Assembly (NCBI GenBank): GCA_964291625.2
Contig: OZ220089.1
Coordinates: forward strand, 2,464,001-2,528,000
From: Candidatus Latescibacterota bacterium
Lineage (GTDB): Bacteria; Latescibacterota; UBA2968; UBA8231
Length of the DNA: 64,000 bases
Reading direction: 5' to 3'
The notes beneath the pieces are model-generated. The model was not told the DNA's origin. It saw only the letters and a program-made list of their open reading frames with translations, and did no database searches. Within the stretch, counting starts at the first letter, position 1. Every line of letters begins with the position of its first letter. The translations under genes were made by a program, and so were the position numbers. Below, one piece after another: positions 45,745 through 56,424 of the stretch.

Positions 45745-48700
45745 TCACAGGCTGATGTACCGATCCGCACCGTCGGAGGAGGCCAGCCACAGGCCCCGTT
45801 CGGTGACCCGTTCTCCGCTCGCCCTCTCCCAGTGCTCGGAATAGGCGGCCACCTGGTCTCCGTAGCGCGCCGCCAGGCTCTCCATCGAATCCCCCTCCCC
45901 GCGGTGGGTCTTGTAGTCGACCACCTTCCAGGCACCTTCCCCGACGCGGTAGACCAAGTCGATCACCCCCCGGCGCACCCCCTCGCCGCGGGCTTCTCCG
46001 AAGGGCACCTCGGCATGCACCTCGTCCCCGGCCGCCCGCAGCTCGCCCCAGAGCTCGGACTCCCGGAAGCGGTCGATCGCCGTCATGGCCGCCTCCTCCA
46101 GGGCCCCGGGGTCCAGTCCCTCCTCCGCCAGAACACCACGGACGAAGGCGCGGAGGGCGGCTTCGTCCAGCCCCTCGAGACGCCGGGTCGCCAGGCTCTC
46201 CAGCAGCCGGTGGACCGCGGTCCCGTAGCTCCGCCCCCGTCCGCGGGTCTCCGGGTCCGCCTCGCCCGCCGCCAGCTCCTCCTCCTCGGTCACGACCATC
46301 TGGTAGTAGGAGGGCTCGGCCGCCGCCGCCAGTGACCGCTCCCGCTCCCGGCGGAGCTCGGCGAAGTCGGCGGCGGCAGGCGAGTCCCGCGGCGCCGGCG
46401 AGGCAGTGTCCGCAGCGGGAACGGGCAACTCGCGAGCCCCGCTCAACTGCTGGTCAAGCGGCGACCAGGGCCCGCCGCTGCCGGGGCCCGGCAGGGAGAC
46501 GACCAGTACGTCCCTGGCCCTGGTAGCGGCGACATAGACGAGGCGCAGATCCTCGGCGGCGGCGAACCGTTCCTCTTCGGCCTGGTCCTGCTCCCACCCT
46601 GCGGGCTCGGCCAGCACTTCGGGTCGAAAGCGGCCGCTCTTGGTGACCGCCATCGACAGGTACGGGGAGTCCCCCAGGCGGGACACGTGGGTGTCGACCG
46701 TCTGCCGCGCCGCCGATCGATCGGCGGAGTCGGCCAGGAACACCACCTTCGCCTCGAGGCCCTTGGCCTGGTGCAGGTTCATCACCCGGACCACGTTTGG
46801 GCGCCCCGTCTCGAGGGTCATCTCCTCTACTCTCAGCTCGTCCTCTTCGAGCAGATCCCGCAGACAGGCGGCGATGCGCGCCCAGTCGAGCCCGTGGCGG
46901 CCCTGCCACTCGCGCACCATCGACAGCACCCTCAGCAGATTGCCGACGCGGGAGGAACCCGCCCGCCGGCCGGCGGCCACCGCGGCCAGACCCGAGCCTT
47001 CGACGAAGCGCTCGAGGGCAGCGGCGGCCGGGCGCCGGTCCAGGTCACGGCGCAGTTGGCGCAGACTGCGGAGGGCGCCATCGAGGCGCTCGTTCAGCGG
47101 CGCCTCCAGACCCTCCGGCGCATCCCCGGTATAGCGGAACGGCCACCCCGCTTTCCGCAGGCGGTAGAGGTCATCGTCGCCGAGCCCGTAGAGGGGGCCC
47201 CGCAGGCTGGCGATCAGGGCCACGGGGTCATCCGGCCGCAGGACGGCCTCCAGGGCATCCACCAGGGCGCGCAGCTCTGCGGATGAGCGCAGCGACCCGG
47301 CGCCCGTGACGTCGTATGGGAGTCCGTGCTCCTCCAGGGCTCGGGAGTACTCGGACAGATACCGGCGGGTGCGGGTCAGGATCATGAAATCGCCGGGGCT
47401 GGCGCTCTCCCCGAGAACCTCGGCCACCCCGTTGAGGTCGGTGCCGCCCCTCAGGGCGGCGGCAATGAACACGGCGATCCGATCCGCCTCCTCCCGCGCC
47501 CGCTCCTTGCGTCCGCCTTCCCCCGGCCGCCCTCTCATCCGATAGACGCCGGCCCCGCTCTTCTCGGGAAGCTCTGGTGTCAGGCGGCGATACGCCGCCT
47601 GGAAGCGGGGGTCGTGGCTCTCGAACTGGGGCTCGAAGGCATCGTTCATCCACCCCACGACTCCGGGCCTCGACCGGAAGCTGGTGGTCAACTCCACGAC
47701 TTCGCCGCCTGAGTTGCTGACCTGTTCGCGGACCTGGCGGTAGACCTCGAGATCGGCGCGGCGGAAGCGGTAGATGGCCTGCTTCTCGTCCCCGACCAGG
47801 AACAGCCGGCCCGGCGCCGGGACCAGCCGCCGCCAGTCCCGCTCCCCGTGATCGTCCGCGGTCAGGTAGAGTAGAATCGCCGCCTGCAGCGGGTCGGTGT
47901 CCTGGAACTCGTCGACGAAGAGACGCCGGTACCGCCTCTGCAGGACCGCCCGGGCGCCGGGCGAGTCTCGCAGCAGCGATTCGGTGAGCTCCAGCAGGTC
48001 GTTGAAGGTCAGCGTCGCCGCCTCCATGCGGGACCGGCGGTAGAACCCCATCGCCTCGTCCACCAGGTCGCCGGTCAGGCGGTAGACGTACTGGCGCCAC
48101 TCTCTCAGCAAGGGCTTCAGGACGCCATCGCGGAAGGCGGACAGCTCGTCGCGCAGACGCCGCGCCGTCGCCTGCTCCGGACTGCCCCTTGGCCCCCAGC
48201 ATTTCAGGGTCACCGAGGTCTGGCTGGTCGAGGCCAGGGAGCTCAGCAGTCGCTCGCGGTCCGCGTCGCTCGGCGGGCCGGCGAAATCGACGAAATGGCG
48301 CAGGCGTCGGGCCGTCGCCATCAGGCTGTCCGGCCGGCCCTCCGGCAGCGGGTCGGGAGTCGCCGCCTCGATCTCGCGAACCAGCTCGCAGGCCCTCGCC
48401 GCCGCCGGCCCCAGGTCGGGCCGGGGCCCTTCGGTCGGTTTCAGCGCCAGATCGCTGAACTGGCAGCGCTTCCGGTAGAAGCCGTAGAACTGCTCGGCCG
48501 TGAGCCCCGTCTCCTCCATGGCCAGCAGGCGCTCGTCGCCGGCCGCCGACCTCTCCTGCAGGAAGCGGTCCCAGGCCTCACGCACCAGCCACACCTCGTC
48601 GCGTTCCTCCACCTCGCGGAAGTCCGGCGGCAGCCCCGCCTCGAAGGGACGCTCGCGCAGGAGGCCTGCGCAGAAGGCGTGGATGGTGCCGATGGCACAC

Positions 48701-49008
48701 TGGTCCACCCGCTGCACGGCTTGACGAAGACGCCGCCCTCGCCCCGAGTTGAGACGGGCCTCCTCCTCGGCCCTTTCCCGCAGGGCCCCGAGGAACCGGC
48801 TCCGCATCTCCCCGGCCGCCTTCCGCGTGAAGGTGATGGCCGCCATCTGGTCGATCTCCGCCGCCCCGGAGGCCACGGTCTCCACCATCCGCTCCACCAG
48901 GGCCCTGGTCTTGCCGGTGCCCGCACCCGCCTCGCACATCAGATTGACGTCGAGGTCCTCGCGGATGCGGCGGCGGGCCTCGTGGTCCGGTCGCAGCGGC
49001 GTGGTCAT
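45745..49008 (-). CDS. AddA-like UvrD helicase with C-terminal RecB-family nuclease
   Basis: AGAGTGKT, ITFTRKAA, TIHAFC, VDEFQDT, VGDEKQAIYRFR, HQAKGLE, YVAATRAR; nuclease EVPF, GVIDL, VDYKT; ATG overlaps upstream stop. Confidence 0.92.
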   Translation of the reverse strand: MTTPLRPDHEARRRIREDLDVNLMCEAGAGTGKTRALVERMVETVASGAAEIDQMAAITFTRKAAGEMRSRFLGALRERAEEEARLNSGRGRRLRQAVQRVDQCAIGTIHAFCAGLLRERPFEAGLPPDFREVEERDEVWLVREAWDRFLQERSAAGDERLLAMEETGLTAEQFYGFYRKRCQFSDLALKPTEGPRPDLGPAAARACELVREIEAATPDPLPEGRPDSLMATARRLRHFVDFAGPPSDADRERLLSSLASTSQTSVTLKCWGPRGSPEQATARRLRDELSAFRDGVLKPLLREWRQYVYRLTGDLVDEAMGFYRRSRMEAATLTFNDLLELTESLLRDSPGARAVLQRRYRRLFVDEFQDTDPLQAAILLYLTADDHGERDWRRLVPAPGRLFLVGDEKQAIYRFRRADLEVYRQVREQVSNSGGEVVELTTSFRSRPGVVGWMNDAFEPQFESHDPRFQAAYRRLTPELPEKSGAGVYRMRGRPGEGGRKERAREEADRIAVFIAAALRGGTDLNGVAEVLGESASPGDFMILTRTRRYLSEYSRALEEHGLPYDVTGAGSLRSSAELRALVDALEAVLRPDDPVALIASLRGPLYGLGDDDLYRLRKAGWPFRYTGDAPEGLEAPLNERLDGALRSLRQLRRDLDRRPAAAALERFVEGSGLAAVAAGRRAGSSRVGNLLRVLSMVREWQGRHGLDWARIAACLRDLLEEDELRVEEMTLETGRPNVVRVMNLHQAKGLEAKVVFLADSADRSAARQTVDTHVSRLGDSPYLSMAVTKSGRFRPEVLAEPAGWEQDQAEEERFAAAEDLRLVYVAATRARDVLVVSLPGPGSGGPWSPLDQQLSGARELPVPAADTASPAPRDSPAAADFAELRRERERSLAAAAEPSYYQMVVTEEEELAAGEADPETRGRGRSYGTAVHRLLESLATRRLEGLDEAALRAFVRGVLAEEGLDPGALEEAAMTAIDRFRESELWGELRAAGDEVHAEVPFGEARGEGVRRGVIDLVYRVGEGAWKVVDYKTHRGEGDSMESLAARYGDQVAAYSEHWERASGERVTERGLWLASSDGADRYISL

Positions 49009-52000
49009 TCCCTCATCCACTCCGCGGCCGGGGCGACCGCCTCTGCCGGAACGACATCGGCGGGCTCCAGTCCGAGGGTGGCCAGCTGGGCCTCGAGGGC
49101 TCGGCGGGACTGCTCGCGGCAGGCCGAGGCGGCCTCCGCCCAGCCTTCGACCAATGCCGCGGCGTGCGCCGCCGCCTCGGTCAGTTCATCGACGTGCCGC
49201 CCGCCTCGCGCCTCGTCGGCGCAGATGCGGCGGTAGTCGCAGAAGCGGCACGGACCGCCGCCGTTCTTGTCCCCCTTGTGCAGGGCCGGGTAGAATCCCT
49301 CCCTGGCCAGCTCGAAGAGAGGCTGCAGGATTCCTGCCAGCACATCCGCGGTCGGGGGCTCTTCCGCAAGACGCTGGCCAGAGCCCCGGTCCGAGGCGAA
49401 GAAGTACCCGGCGCGCCGGACCTCCCCGCTCCCGAGCAGCCTCGGAAGGGCGAGGGAGTACAGGGCCCACTGCAGATTGCGGCCTCCGGCCAGGAGATCC
49501 GACGAGTCATACCCCCAGGTGCTGCCCGTCTTGTAGTCCCAGATCTCGTAGTCGTCGGTACCTTCGACATGGTCGACCCTGTCGATGCGCCCCCGCAGGC
49601 GGAACCCGACCCGGGCCGACAGGGGAACCTCCACGCCCTCCCCACCGCCGAAGTCCCACTCGAGGCGGCGAGCCGTGATCGCCGGATCCTGTTCCATGCG
49701 CTGCGCCTCGGCGAACAGGAAGATGCGGCAGGCGCGCTCGATCCTTCGGCAGTCGTTGCGGAAAGCCGATTCCAGCGGCGTCGGGATCCGCTCTCCCCAC
49801 CTGGCGATCGCCTCGGCCGCAAGCTCTTCCAGCTCGGATTCGTGAGCCGCCGAGGGACGATCCCCGCGCTCGCCGAGTCTCCGCATGTAGGTCAGGAAGA
49901 GATCGTGGAGCAGCGAGCCCATCTCGACAGGCTGCAGCCATCGGCGCGAGTCCCGCTCGGGCTCCTCGAGAGCGCGCACCCCCAGCACGTCCCGCCACAG
50001 GTAGCGGCGGGGACAGACCGCCAGGGTCTCCAGCATGCGGCTCGACAGGACCCGTGGCCCCTGGAGGTCGAGGGCCTGCTCCCCCGGAGCGGCGATCCAG
50101 CCATCGAAGCGGCTGGGGACGCTCGCCGCCCTCGCCTCCTGGACCCGGGCCCCTCGCTCAGCGTCCGGGTACGCCGCGGCGACCGATTCCCGGTACCCCG
50201 GTTGTCCCCTGTGGCCCAGGACGATCTCGAGATCGTCGGCTGCCCCCGCCTCCAGCTCCGACGGCAGGGGCCACTTCCAGCACGGCTCGATGCCGAGCTG
50301 ATCCCTGGCCAGCTCGAAGAGGGGCGTCGGGTAGGGCTCACGGCCATCGGCCAGGTGCAGGGAGCAGGCCACCAGCGTCACTTCGCCCGCGGCGGCGCCG
50401 AGCAGACGAACCAGCTGGAAGACCGCATCCCCCGGCCGCGACCGCTCCGAACGCAGGCCGAGGGCCCGCCGCGACTCCTCCGGCAGCAGCGGGTCCGGGG
50501 AGCCGGCGCCGGGAAAGTGGACCTCGTCGAGCCCCATGACGTACAGGTGCCGGCGGAAGGTGTAGCCGGCGCCATCGAGGGGCGCCACATGCAGGCGGCC
50601 TGGACGGGCTCCCTGTGCATCCACACCCATGCCCCCCACCGCCTCCAGCAGCCGGCTCGCCTGCTCAGCCGGGGTGCCGCTGAGCTCCGGCCCTCGGGAC
50701 ACCTCGTGCAGGCGAGCCTGCAGCACCTCGCTGGCGAGGGCGTCCCTGTCGCTGCCGGCTCCGCGGCCGGCCGGATTCCCGGCTCTCAGGAATCCGGCGG
50801 CGGCCTCCGCCATCGACGCCAGGGAACACGGCCCTTCGGGAACCCACGAGTGCAGTCGCTCCAGGTGCTCTCGCGCCCGCCGGGCCGTGGCAACGGCCGG
50901 GGGGTCCCAGCCCTCGGGATCAGGCTCCTCGGCTTCGACGCGATCCAGCGCCTCGGCGGCGGCTCCGGGACCCCGGCCGACCCGGCCGGCCAGCAGGAGA
51001 TGGGCGACGGCCCGCGAAGGAGCATCGGAATCCTCCCAGCCCATGTCGCCGCACCTCAGGCCGCGGGCGAGGTCGACCCCGTCCAGGCCGTCGCGGATCC
51101 ACCCTAGAAAGGCCGCCAGGGCGCGGCCCGGATGGGTCCTCTCGACGGGGGCCCCCACTGCGAAATCGGCCGGCAACTCCCAACGCTCCACCGCGTCGAA
51201 CAGCAGGAACCGGTAGGGATCTCCGCGGGTGTAGACGATCTCGACCTCATCCAGGGGTATGCCGCGGTGGAGCACATCCCTCAGGACGGCTCGGATCTCC
51301 GTTTCCATCCCGATCGTGCGCCATAGCCGGACCCGGTCCCGGTCGGCGGCCTCCAGGCCCTTTTCGAGAATCCGCCCCCCCGGTGCCGCCTCGACGGCTC
51401 GCGAGGCCGGTCCGGCCGGTGGCCCCAGCCGTCCGCGCGGCAGCGCCTTCTCGCCGGCGCGCAGCTGTTCCAGGAACAGGTCGCCTTGCTCCAGCGGTCC
51501 GGTACGCCGGGATGGAGAGCCGGACCGCGGCGCCACCGGGGGTTGGCTCTCTCCTTGGGCTGCCGCGCCGGCCGCCGTCTTCGCCAGGCCGGGGATCGGG
51601 GCCCCCGCCCAGCGGACCGCGGCGCTGTGCGCGGGAGCCGGCATTCCGTAGGAGCCCCGGCCGATGCGATGCAGCCGGCCACCGGAAACGGCGAGGACGT
51701 ACCGGTGAGCCAAGGGAGGCATCTCGGTCTCGTCGGTGAGGATCCACACGGCCGGGGGGTGGGCGTCGCCGCCCTCCACGGCATCGATGGCGGCGCTCAG
51801 GATGCGGGCATCGTCCCACCAACCCTGGTCCAGGAGCTCCTTGCAGTAGGCGGCGTACACGGGACCGAGCCCGGCAAACGGCCCCGGTGGGAGCTCGCCG
51901 ATTCTCTCAGGGGTGATCTCGGCAGCGCGAAGCTCGTCGAAGGTCCGCTGCAGGGCCGCTGCCAGTCCGGCTCCCGCGGCCCCTGTTGAGGGGCGGATGC

Positions 52001-52277
52001 CCTCACCTGCCGGTCCCGCAAGCACCGCCTCCACGAGCCATCGGCGCCCGTCCCGACCGGGGCGGCGTGTCCCTGCTCCTGGCTCGGAAGTACGGATGCG
52101 CTCCCGCGCATGCCGGGCCGGAGTGGTGACGCGCAGGTTCGTCCAGGACCGTCCGTAGCGCGTCAGGGCGCCGGCCAGGTTGTACCCGGCGCGGTGGGAG
52201 GGCTCGAAGAGGATCTTGGTCTGCAGGGGATGGGCGCGGCAGAGCTCTTCGAGCTGCCGCAGGGGATAGGGGATCAT
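49005..52277 (-). CDS. AddB-like protein with PD-(D/E)XK nuclease and Fe-S staple
   Basis: CPRRY, GSLLH, RGRIDRVD, WDYKTG, QWALY, CRFCDYRRIC (1+3 Cys); directly coupled to the AddA-like gene. Confidence 0.88.
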   Translation of the reverse strand: MIPYPLRQLEELCRAHPLQTKILFEPSHRAGYNLAGALTRYGRSWTNLRVTTPARHARERIRTSEPGAGTRRPGRDGRRWLVEAVLAGPAGEGIRPSTGAAGAGLAAALQRTFDELRAAEITPERIGELPPGPFAGLGPVYAAYCKELLDQGWWDDARILSAAIDAVEGGDAHPPAVWILTDETEMPPLAHRYVLAVSGGRLHRIGRGSYGMPAPAHSAAVRWAGAPIPGLAKTAAGAAAQGESQPPVAPRSGSPSRRTGPLEQGDLFLEQLRAGEKALPRGRLGPPAGPASRAVEAAPGGRILEKGLEAADRDRVRLWRTIGMETEIRAVLRDVLHRGIPLDEVEIVYTRGDPYRFLLFDAVERWELPADFAVGAPVERTHPGRALAAFLGWIRDGLDGVDLARGLRCGDMGWEDSDAPSRAVAHLLLAGRVGRGPGAAAEALDRVEAEEPDPEGWDPPAVATARRAREHLERLHSWVPEGPCSLASMAEAAAGFLRAGNPAGRGAGSDRDALASEVLQARLHEVSRGPELSGTPAEQASRLLEAVGGMGVDAQGARPGRLHVAPLDGAGYTFRRHLYVMGLDEVHFPGAGSPDPLLPEESRRALGLRSERSRPGDAVFQLVRLLGAAAGEVTLVACSLHLADGREPYPTPLFELARDQLGIEPCWKWPLPSELEAGAADDLEIVLGHRGQPGYRESVAAAYPDAERGARVQEARAASVPSRFDGWIAAPGEQALDLQGPRVLSSRMLETLAVCPRRYLWRDVLGVRALEEPERDSRRWLQPVEMGSLLHDLFLTYMRRLGERGDRPSAAHESELEELAAEAIARWGERIPTPLESAFRNDCRRIERACRIFLFAEAQRMEQDPAITARRLEWDFGGGEGVEVPLSARVGFRLRGRIDRVDHVEGTDDYEIWDYKTGSTWGYDSSDLLAGGRNLQWALYSLALPRLLGSGEVRRAGYFFASDRGSGQRLAEEPPTADVLAGILQPLFELAREGFYPALHKGDKNGGGPCRFCDYRRICADEARGGRHVDELTEAAAHAAALVEGWAEAASACREQSRRALEAQLATLGLEPADVVPAEAVAPAAEWMRE

Positions 52278-52297
52278 GGCCCGAGCCGGAGGGTTCT

Positions 52298-53650
52298 TCA
52301 GTCCGAGAAGAACTCGGCGTACAAGGATCGCACGGCGGTCTGCATGTCCGCTTCCTTGACGCCGAACATCATGCTCACCTCGCTCGATCCCTGATTGATC
52401 ATCTCCAGGTTGATCCCGCTCCGTGCGAAGGCCCCCGTGGTCCTCGCCGCGAGTCCGACGGTGTGGCGCATACCCTCGCCGACGACCATCACCAGGGCCA
52501 GTCCCCGCTCCACCGAGACCTCGTCGGCTTCCAGTTCCGTGCGCAGGCGGCGCAGGACCCGCTCCTCGGTGACGTGATCGAAGAACTCCTCGCGGACGAT
52601 GACGGAGAGGTTGTCGATTCCCGAAGGAGTGTGCTCGTAGGGGATGGCCTCGTCCTCGAAGACCTCGAGGAGCCGCCGGCCGAAACCGACCTCGCGGTTC
52701 ATCAGGTACCGGCTGACGTATACGGTGCAGAAGCCACCGGTGGCCGCGATGCCGGCTACCGGAGTTCCCTCCACCTGCCGGTCGGGCACGATCAAGGTGC
52801 CGGCGGCCTCGGGACTGTTGGTATTCTTCACCGCCACCGGGATGCCGCCGTGGAACACGGGCTCCAGGGCCTCGTCGTGAAAGACCGAGAACCCGGCGTA
52901 GGACAGCTCCCGCATCTCCCGGTAGGTGATCTCGAGGACAGGCCGAGGATCCGGGACCAGCCGCGGGTTGGCGGCGAAGACCGAGTCCACATCCGTAAAG
53001 TTCTCGTAGAGGGCGGCGCCCACGGCGGCAGCGAGGATGGCGCCGGTGATGTCGGATCCGCCCCGTGGAAAAGTGACGAGACGGCCCGATTCCGTGTAAC
53101 CGTAGAACCCCGGGAAGACCGTGATCCCGGGCCGCTCCCGCAGCGACCGCAGGTTTCCGTAGGACTGGCGCAGAACCCGGGCGTTGCCCGCCTCGGCGGA
53201 CAGGATCAGGCCGGCTTCCAGGGGATCGATGAAGTGAGCCTCCACACCGCGGCTGCGCAGGTACTCGGCCACGAGGCGCCCGCAGTTGCACTCGCCCGCG
53301 GCCTTCATCGAATCGAGGTAGTGGTCCTCATCGCCGGTGTCGGCGGTCAGGCGTTGGCGCAGATCGATCTCGATTCCGCGCAGGCAGGCGTCCGGAAGCT
53401 CGAGTCCCCTTGCCAGGTCGGCGAACCGGCTCACCGCCACCGTCAGCTCTGCCTCGCCGGACCGATGGGTGAGCCGAGCCTCTGCGGCGGCGATCAGCAG
53501 ATCCGTGACCTTGGTATCATCGGCGTCCCTCCGGCCCGGGGCGCTGACCACCACCAGCCGCCGCTCGCCATCGGCGGCCAGGATATCGCCGACCTTGCGG
53601 ATCTGTTCGGCCGTGGCCAGGGAGCTGCCCCCGAACTTCACCGTCTTCAC
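52298..53650 (-). CDS. lysC: Aspartate kinase
   Basis: KFGGSS, VVSAPG, TFPRGGSDITG, FTDVD, RELSYAG, C-terminal ACT domains. Confidence 0.93.
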   Translation of the reverse strand: MKTVKFGGSSLATAEQIRKVGDILAADGERRLVVVSAPGRRDADDTKVTDLLIAAAEARLTHRSGEAELTVAVSRFADLARGLELPDACLRGIEIDLRQRLTADTGDEDHYLDSMKAAGECNCGRLVAEYLRSRGVEAHFIDPLEAGLILSAEAGNARVLRQSYGNLRSLRERPGITVFPGFYGYTESGRLVTFPRGGSDITGAILAAAVGAALYENFTDVDSVFAANPRLVPDPRPVLEITYREMRELSYAGFSVFHDEALEPVFHGGIPVAVKNTNSPEAAGTLIVPDRQVEGTPVAGIAATGGFCTVYVSRYLMNREVGFGRRLLEVFEDEAIPYEHTPSGIDNLSVIVREEFFDHVTEERVLRRLRTELEADEVSVERGLALVMVVGEGMRHTVGLAARTTGAFARSGINLEMINQGSSEVSMMFGVKEADMQTAVRSLYAEFFSD

Positions 53651-53663
53651 AGAGCCGAGACCT

Positions 53664-55010
53664 TCAATCCGGCCGCAGCCGCACGCGCCGCTGGCCCATG
53701 GGCTTGGCCCCGGCCGGCTCGATCTCCGGGGCCCGCTCCCCGGCCTCGACCATTCGCCGGATCAGTCGGCCGCGCATCTCTTCGGCCACCGGCCGGTGAG
53801 CCTTGGAGGTGACGAGGTTCACCAGCTCCCAGGGGTCGGCGTGCAGGTCGTACAGGTACTGCTCCACGAAGCGCTCCGACCAGGGGCCGCGCTCCTCGGG
53901 CGCGTCGACACCATACTTCCAACGATCCGTGCGGACCGCCCGCCCGGTCTGGGCCTCGCTGATCTGCACGAAGACTTCCTCGGGCCAGTCCGCAGGCCCG
54001 CCGCCCCCCCCCAGCAACGGCAGGATCGACCGGCCCTGCATCGCCTCGGGCACCTCCAGGCCGGCCGCCTCGAGCAGGGTCGGCGGGAGATCGATGAGGC
54101 TCACCAGCTCCTGCACCTCGCCGCCGCCGCGGAAGCTCGGACCGGAGAGCACCGTGGGCACGCGGATGGAACTGTCGTGGCAGGAGCGCTTGTACTCGGA
54201 GTTGCGGGTCTTGAAGTGGTTGCCGTGGTCGGAGGTGAAGAGCACGATCGTCTCCTGCGCCAGGTCCAGGCTCTTCAGCGCGTCCAGCAGGCGGCCATAC
54301 GCTTCGTCGAGGCGCTTCACCATGCCGTAGTAGCCGCCCAGGTGCCGGTGGGCCGACCCGCCGAGGGCGGCCAGGTCCGTCGGCACCCATCCGCCGGTAT
54401 AGCGCTCGCGGTAGCCGTCGGGCGGCGGGTAGTCGTCGATGTGGTTCTGATGGTGGGGCTCGATGTAGGAGATGAAGAGGAAGAACGGGTCCTGCTTCGC
54501 GGCTCTCCCGTCGACGTAGCGGATCGCCGCGTCGGTGACCGCGTCGACGCGGTACCCGGGCAGCTTCACCTCCTCGCCCTCGCCGTCGTACATCACGGTG
54601 TCGTAGGCGTCGGACGTGAACTCGAGCACGTTGGAGGCCAGCCAGTAACGGTAGCCGAAGCGCTTGTCGGCCGGGACGGGACCCCTGCACTCGCGGTCGT
54701 GGAGATGCCACTTGCCGATGTAGGCCGTGTCGTAGCCCGCCTCGCCGAAGTGATGGGCCAGGGTGCGGCTGTCGTCGGGGAGGGGGATGGCGTTGCGGTA
54801 GCATCCCGTGGTGGTGGCGTAGAGCCCGGTCTGCAGGCAGGCGCGGGCCGGGCCGCAGACCGGCTGGCAGGTGAAGGACTTGGCCACGTGGGTGTGGGCC
54901 CGGGCGACGCGGTCGAGGTTGGGCGTCAGATCGAGAGGATTGCCGTGGAGGCCCGTCGTGTCCCACCGCTGCTGATCGGTGAAGAACACGATGACATTGG
55001 GGCGGCTCAT
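53664..55010 (-). CDS. Cys-type sulfatase
   Basis: RPNVIVFFTDQ, CGPAR, GKWHL, EPH, TSDHG. Confidence 0.93.
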   Translation of the reverse strand: MSRPNVIVFFTDQQRWDTTGLHGNPLDLTPNLDRVARAHTHVAKSFTCQPVCGPARACLQTGLYATTTGCYRNAIPLPDDSRTLAHHFGEAGYDTAYIGKWHLHDRECRGPVPADKRFGYRYWLASNVLEFTSDAYDTVMYDGEGEEVKLPGYRVDAVTDAAIRYVDGRAAKQDPFFLFISYIEPHHQNHIDDYPPPDGYRERYTGGWVPTDLAALGGSAHRHLGGYYGMVKRLDEAYGRLLDALKSLDLAQETIVLFTSDHGNHFKTRNSEYKRSCHDSSIRVPTVLSGPSFRGGGEVQELVSLIDLPPTLLEAAGLEVPEAMQGRSILPLLGGGGGPADWPEEVFVQISEAQTGRAVRTDRWKYGVDAPEERGPWSERFVEQYLYDLHADPWELVNLVTSKAHRPVAEEMRGRLIRRMVEAGERAPEIEPAGAKPMGQRRVRLRPD

Positions 55011-55014
55011 CGGC

Positions 55015-56421
55015 TCAGCCAGGGCGGACCATCCTCTCCGGCCGGACCTTCTCGGCGAACTCCTCCTCGGTCAGCAGGCCGAGCTCCACTGCGGCCTGCA
55101 CGAGAGTGGTGCCCTCGGCGTAGGCCTTCTTGGCTACCCTGGCGGCGTTGTCGTAGCCGATGTGGGGGTTCAGGGCCGTCACCAGCATCAGGGACTCGCG
55201 CATCAGCTCGTCGATGCGCTCGCGGTTCGCCTCGATGCCGGTGGCGCAGTGCTCGTCGAAGCTGTGCACCGCGTCGGTCAGCAGGCGCGACGAGTGCAGC
55301 AGATTGTGGATCATGACTGGCTTGTACACGTTCAGTTCGAAGTTGCCCTGGGAGCCGCCGAACCCCACCGCGGCGTCGTTCCCCATGACCTGCACGCAGA
55401 CCATGGTCAGGGCCTCGCACTGCGTCGGGTTGACCTTGCCCGGCATGATGGAAGAGCCGGGCTCGTTCTCCGGAATGCGGATCTCGCCGATCCCGCACCG
55501 GGGCCCCGAGGCCAGCCAGCGGACATCGTTGGCGATCTTCATCAGGGACCCGGCGATCGTCCGCAGCATGCCCGACGCCTCGACCACGGCGTCGTGGGCG
55601 GCCAGGGATTCGAACTTGTTCGGCGCCGTGACGAAGGGCTGGCCCGTGACCTCGGCGATTCGGCCGGCCACGGTGACCGCGAAGTCCCTGTGGGCGTTGA
55701 GTCCGGTGCCCACGGCCGTTCCCCCCAGGGCGAGCTTGTAGAGGGGCTGCAGGGCCTGAGCCGCGCGCCGGATCCCCTCCCGCAGCTGGTGGGCGTGGCC
55801 GGACAGCTCCTGGCCCAGGGTCAGGGGCGTGGCGTCCTGCAGGTGGGTGCGACCGATCTTAATGACATCGCCATAGGCAGCCGACTTGGCCTCGATGGTT
55901 GCGGCCAGCTGCTGCAAAGCCCCCAGGAGCTGGTTCTCGATGGCGTCGGCGGCCGCGATGTGCATGGCCGTGGGAAAGACGTCGTTGGAGGACTGCCCCC
56001 GGTTGACGTGGTCGTTCGGATGGACCGGGCTCTTCGAGCCCATCTCTCCCCCCGCCATCTCGATGGCGCGGTTCGAGATCACCTCGTTGGCGTTCATGTT
56101 CGACTGCGTTCCCGAGCCCGTCTGCCAGACCACGAGGGGGAAGTGGTCGTCCAGAGTGCCGTCCGCCACCTCCGTGGCGGCCTCGGCGATCAGGCCGGCG
56201 AGTTCCGCATCGAGCGTGTCCAGCTCCTCGTTGGCCAGGGCCGACGCCTTCTTGACCACCCCGAGGGCCCGTATCATCTCCCGCGGGAACCGGTCGGCGC
56301 CGATGCGGAAATTCTGCAGGGACCGCTGTGTCTGGGCACCCCAGTAGCGGTCGGACGGGACCTCGATCTCGCCCATGCTGTCGGACTCGATTCTCACCTT
56401 CATCTCCTCAACGGCTCCCAT
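55015..56421 (-). CDS. fumC: Class II fumarate hydratase
   Basis: [34 protein letters not shown]. Confidence 0.97.
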   Translation of the reverse strand: MGAVEEMKVRIESDSMGEIEVPSDRYWGAQTQRSLQNFRIGADRFPREMIRALGVVKKASALANEELDTLDAELAGLIAEAATEVADGTLDDHFPLVVWQTGSGTQSNMNANEVISNRAIEMAGGEMGSKSPVHPNDHVNRGQSSNDVFPTAMHIAAADAIENQLLGALQQLAATIEAKSAAYGDVIKIGRTHLQDATPLTLGQELSGHAHQLREGIRRAAQALQPLYKLALGGTAVGTGLNAHRDFAVTVAGRIAEVTGQPFVTAPNKFESLAAHDAVVEASGMLRTIAGSLMKIANDVRWLASGPRCGIGEIRIPENEPGSSIMPGKVNPTQCEALTMVCVQVMGNDAAVGFGGSQGNFELNVYKPVMIHNLLHSSRLLTDAVHSFDEHCATGIEANRERIDELMRESLMLVTALNPHIGYDNAARVAKKAYAEGTTLVQAAVELGLLTEEEFAEKVRPERMVRPG

Positions 56422-56424
56422 CTG

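Noticed and set aside
49180-50050. Cas4-like nuclease suggesting a CRISPR locus
   Set aside because: The 1+3 Cys PD-(D/E)XK domain is the normal AddB C-terminus; no cas1/cas2 or repeat-spacer array was seen
42360-52277. Anti-phage defence island (Fic, exonuclease, helicase, nuclease)
   Set aside because: The helicase/nuclease pair has AddAB architecture, is flanked by purM and lysC, and has no mobility genes or known defence partners
49005-53291. 1428-aa version of the AddB-like ORF, and likewise the 1009-aa (21024-24053), 706-aa (24154-26274) and 690-aa (56425-58497) ORFs
   Set aside because: The N-terminal extensions overlap real upstream genes in another frame; starts were trimmed to 52277, 22883, 25440 and 57744
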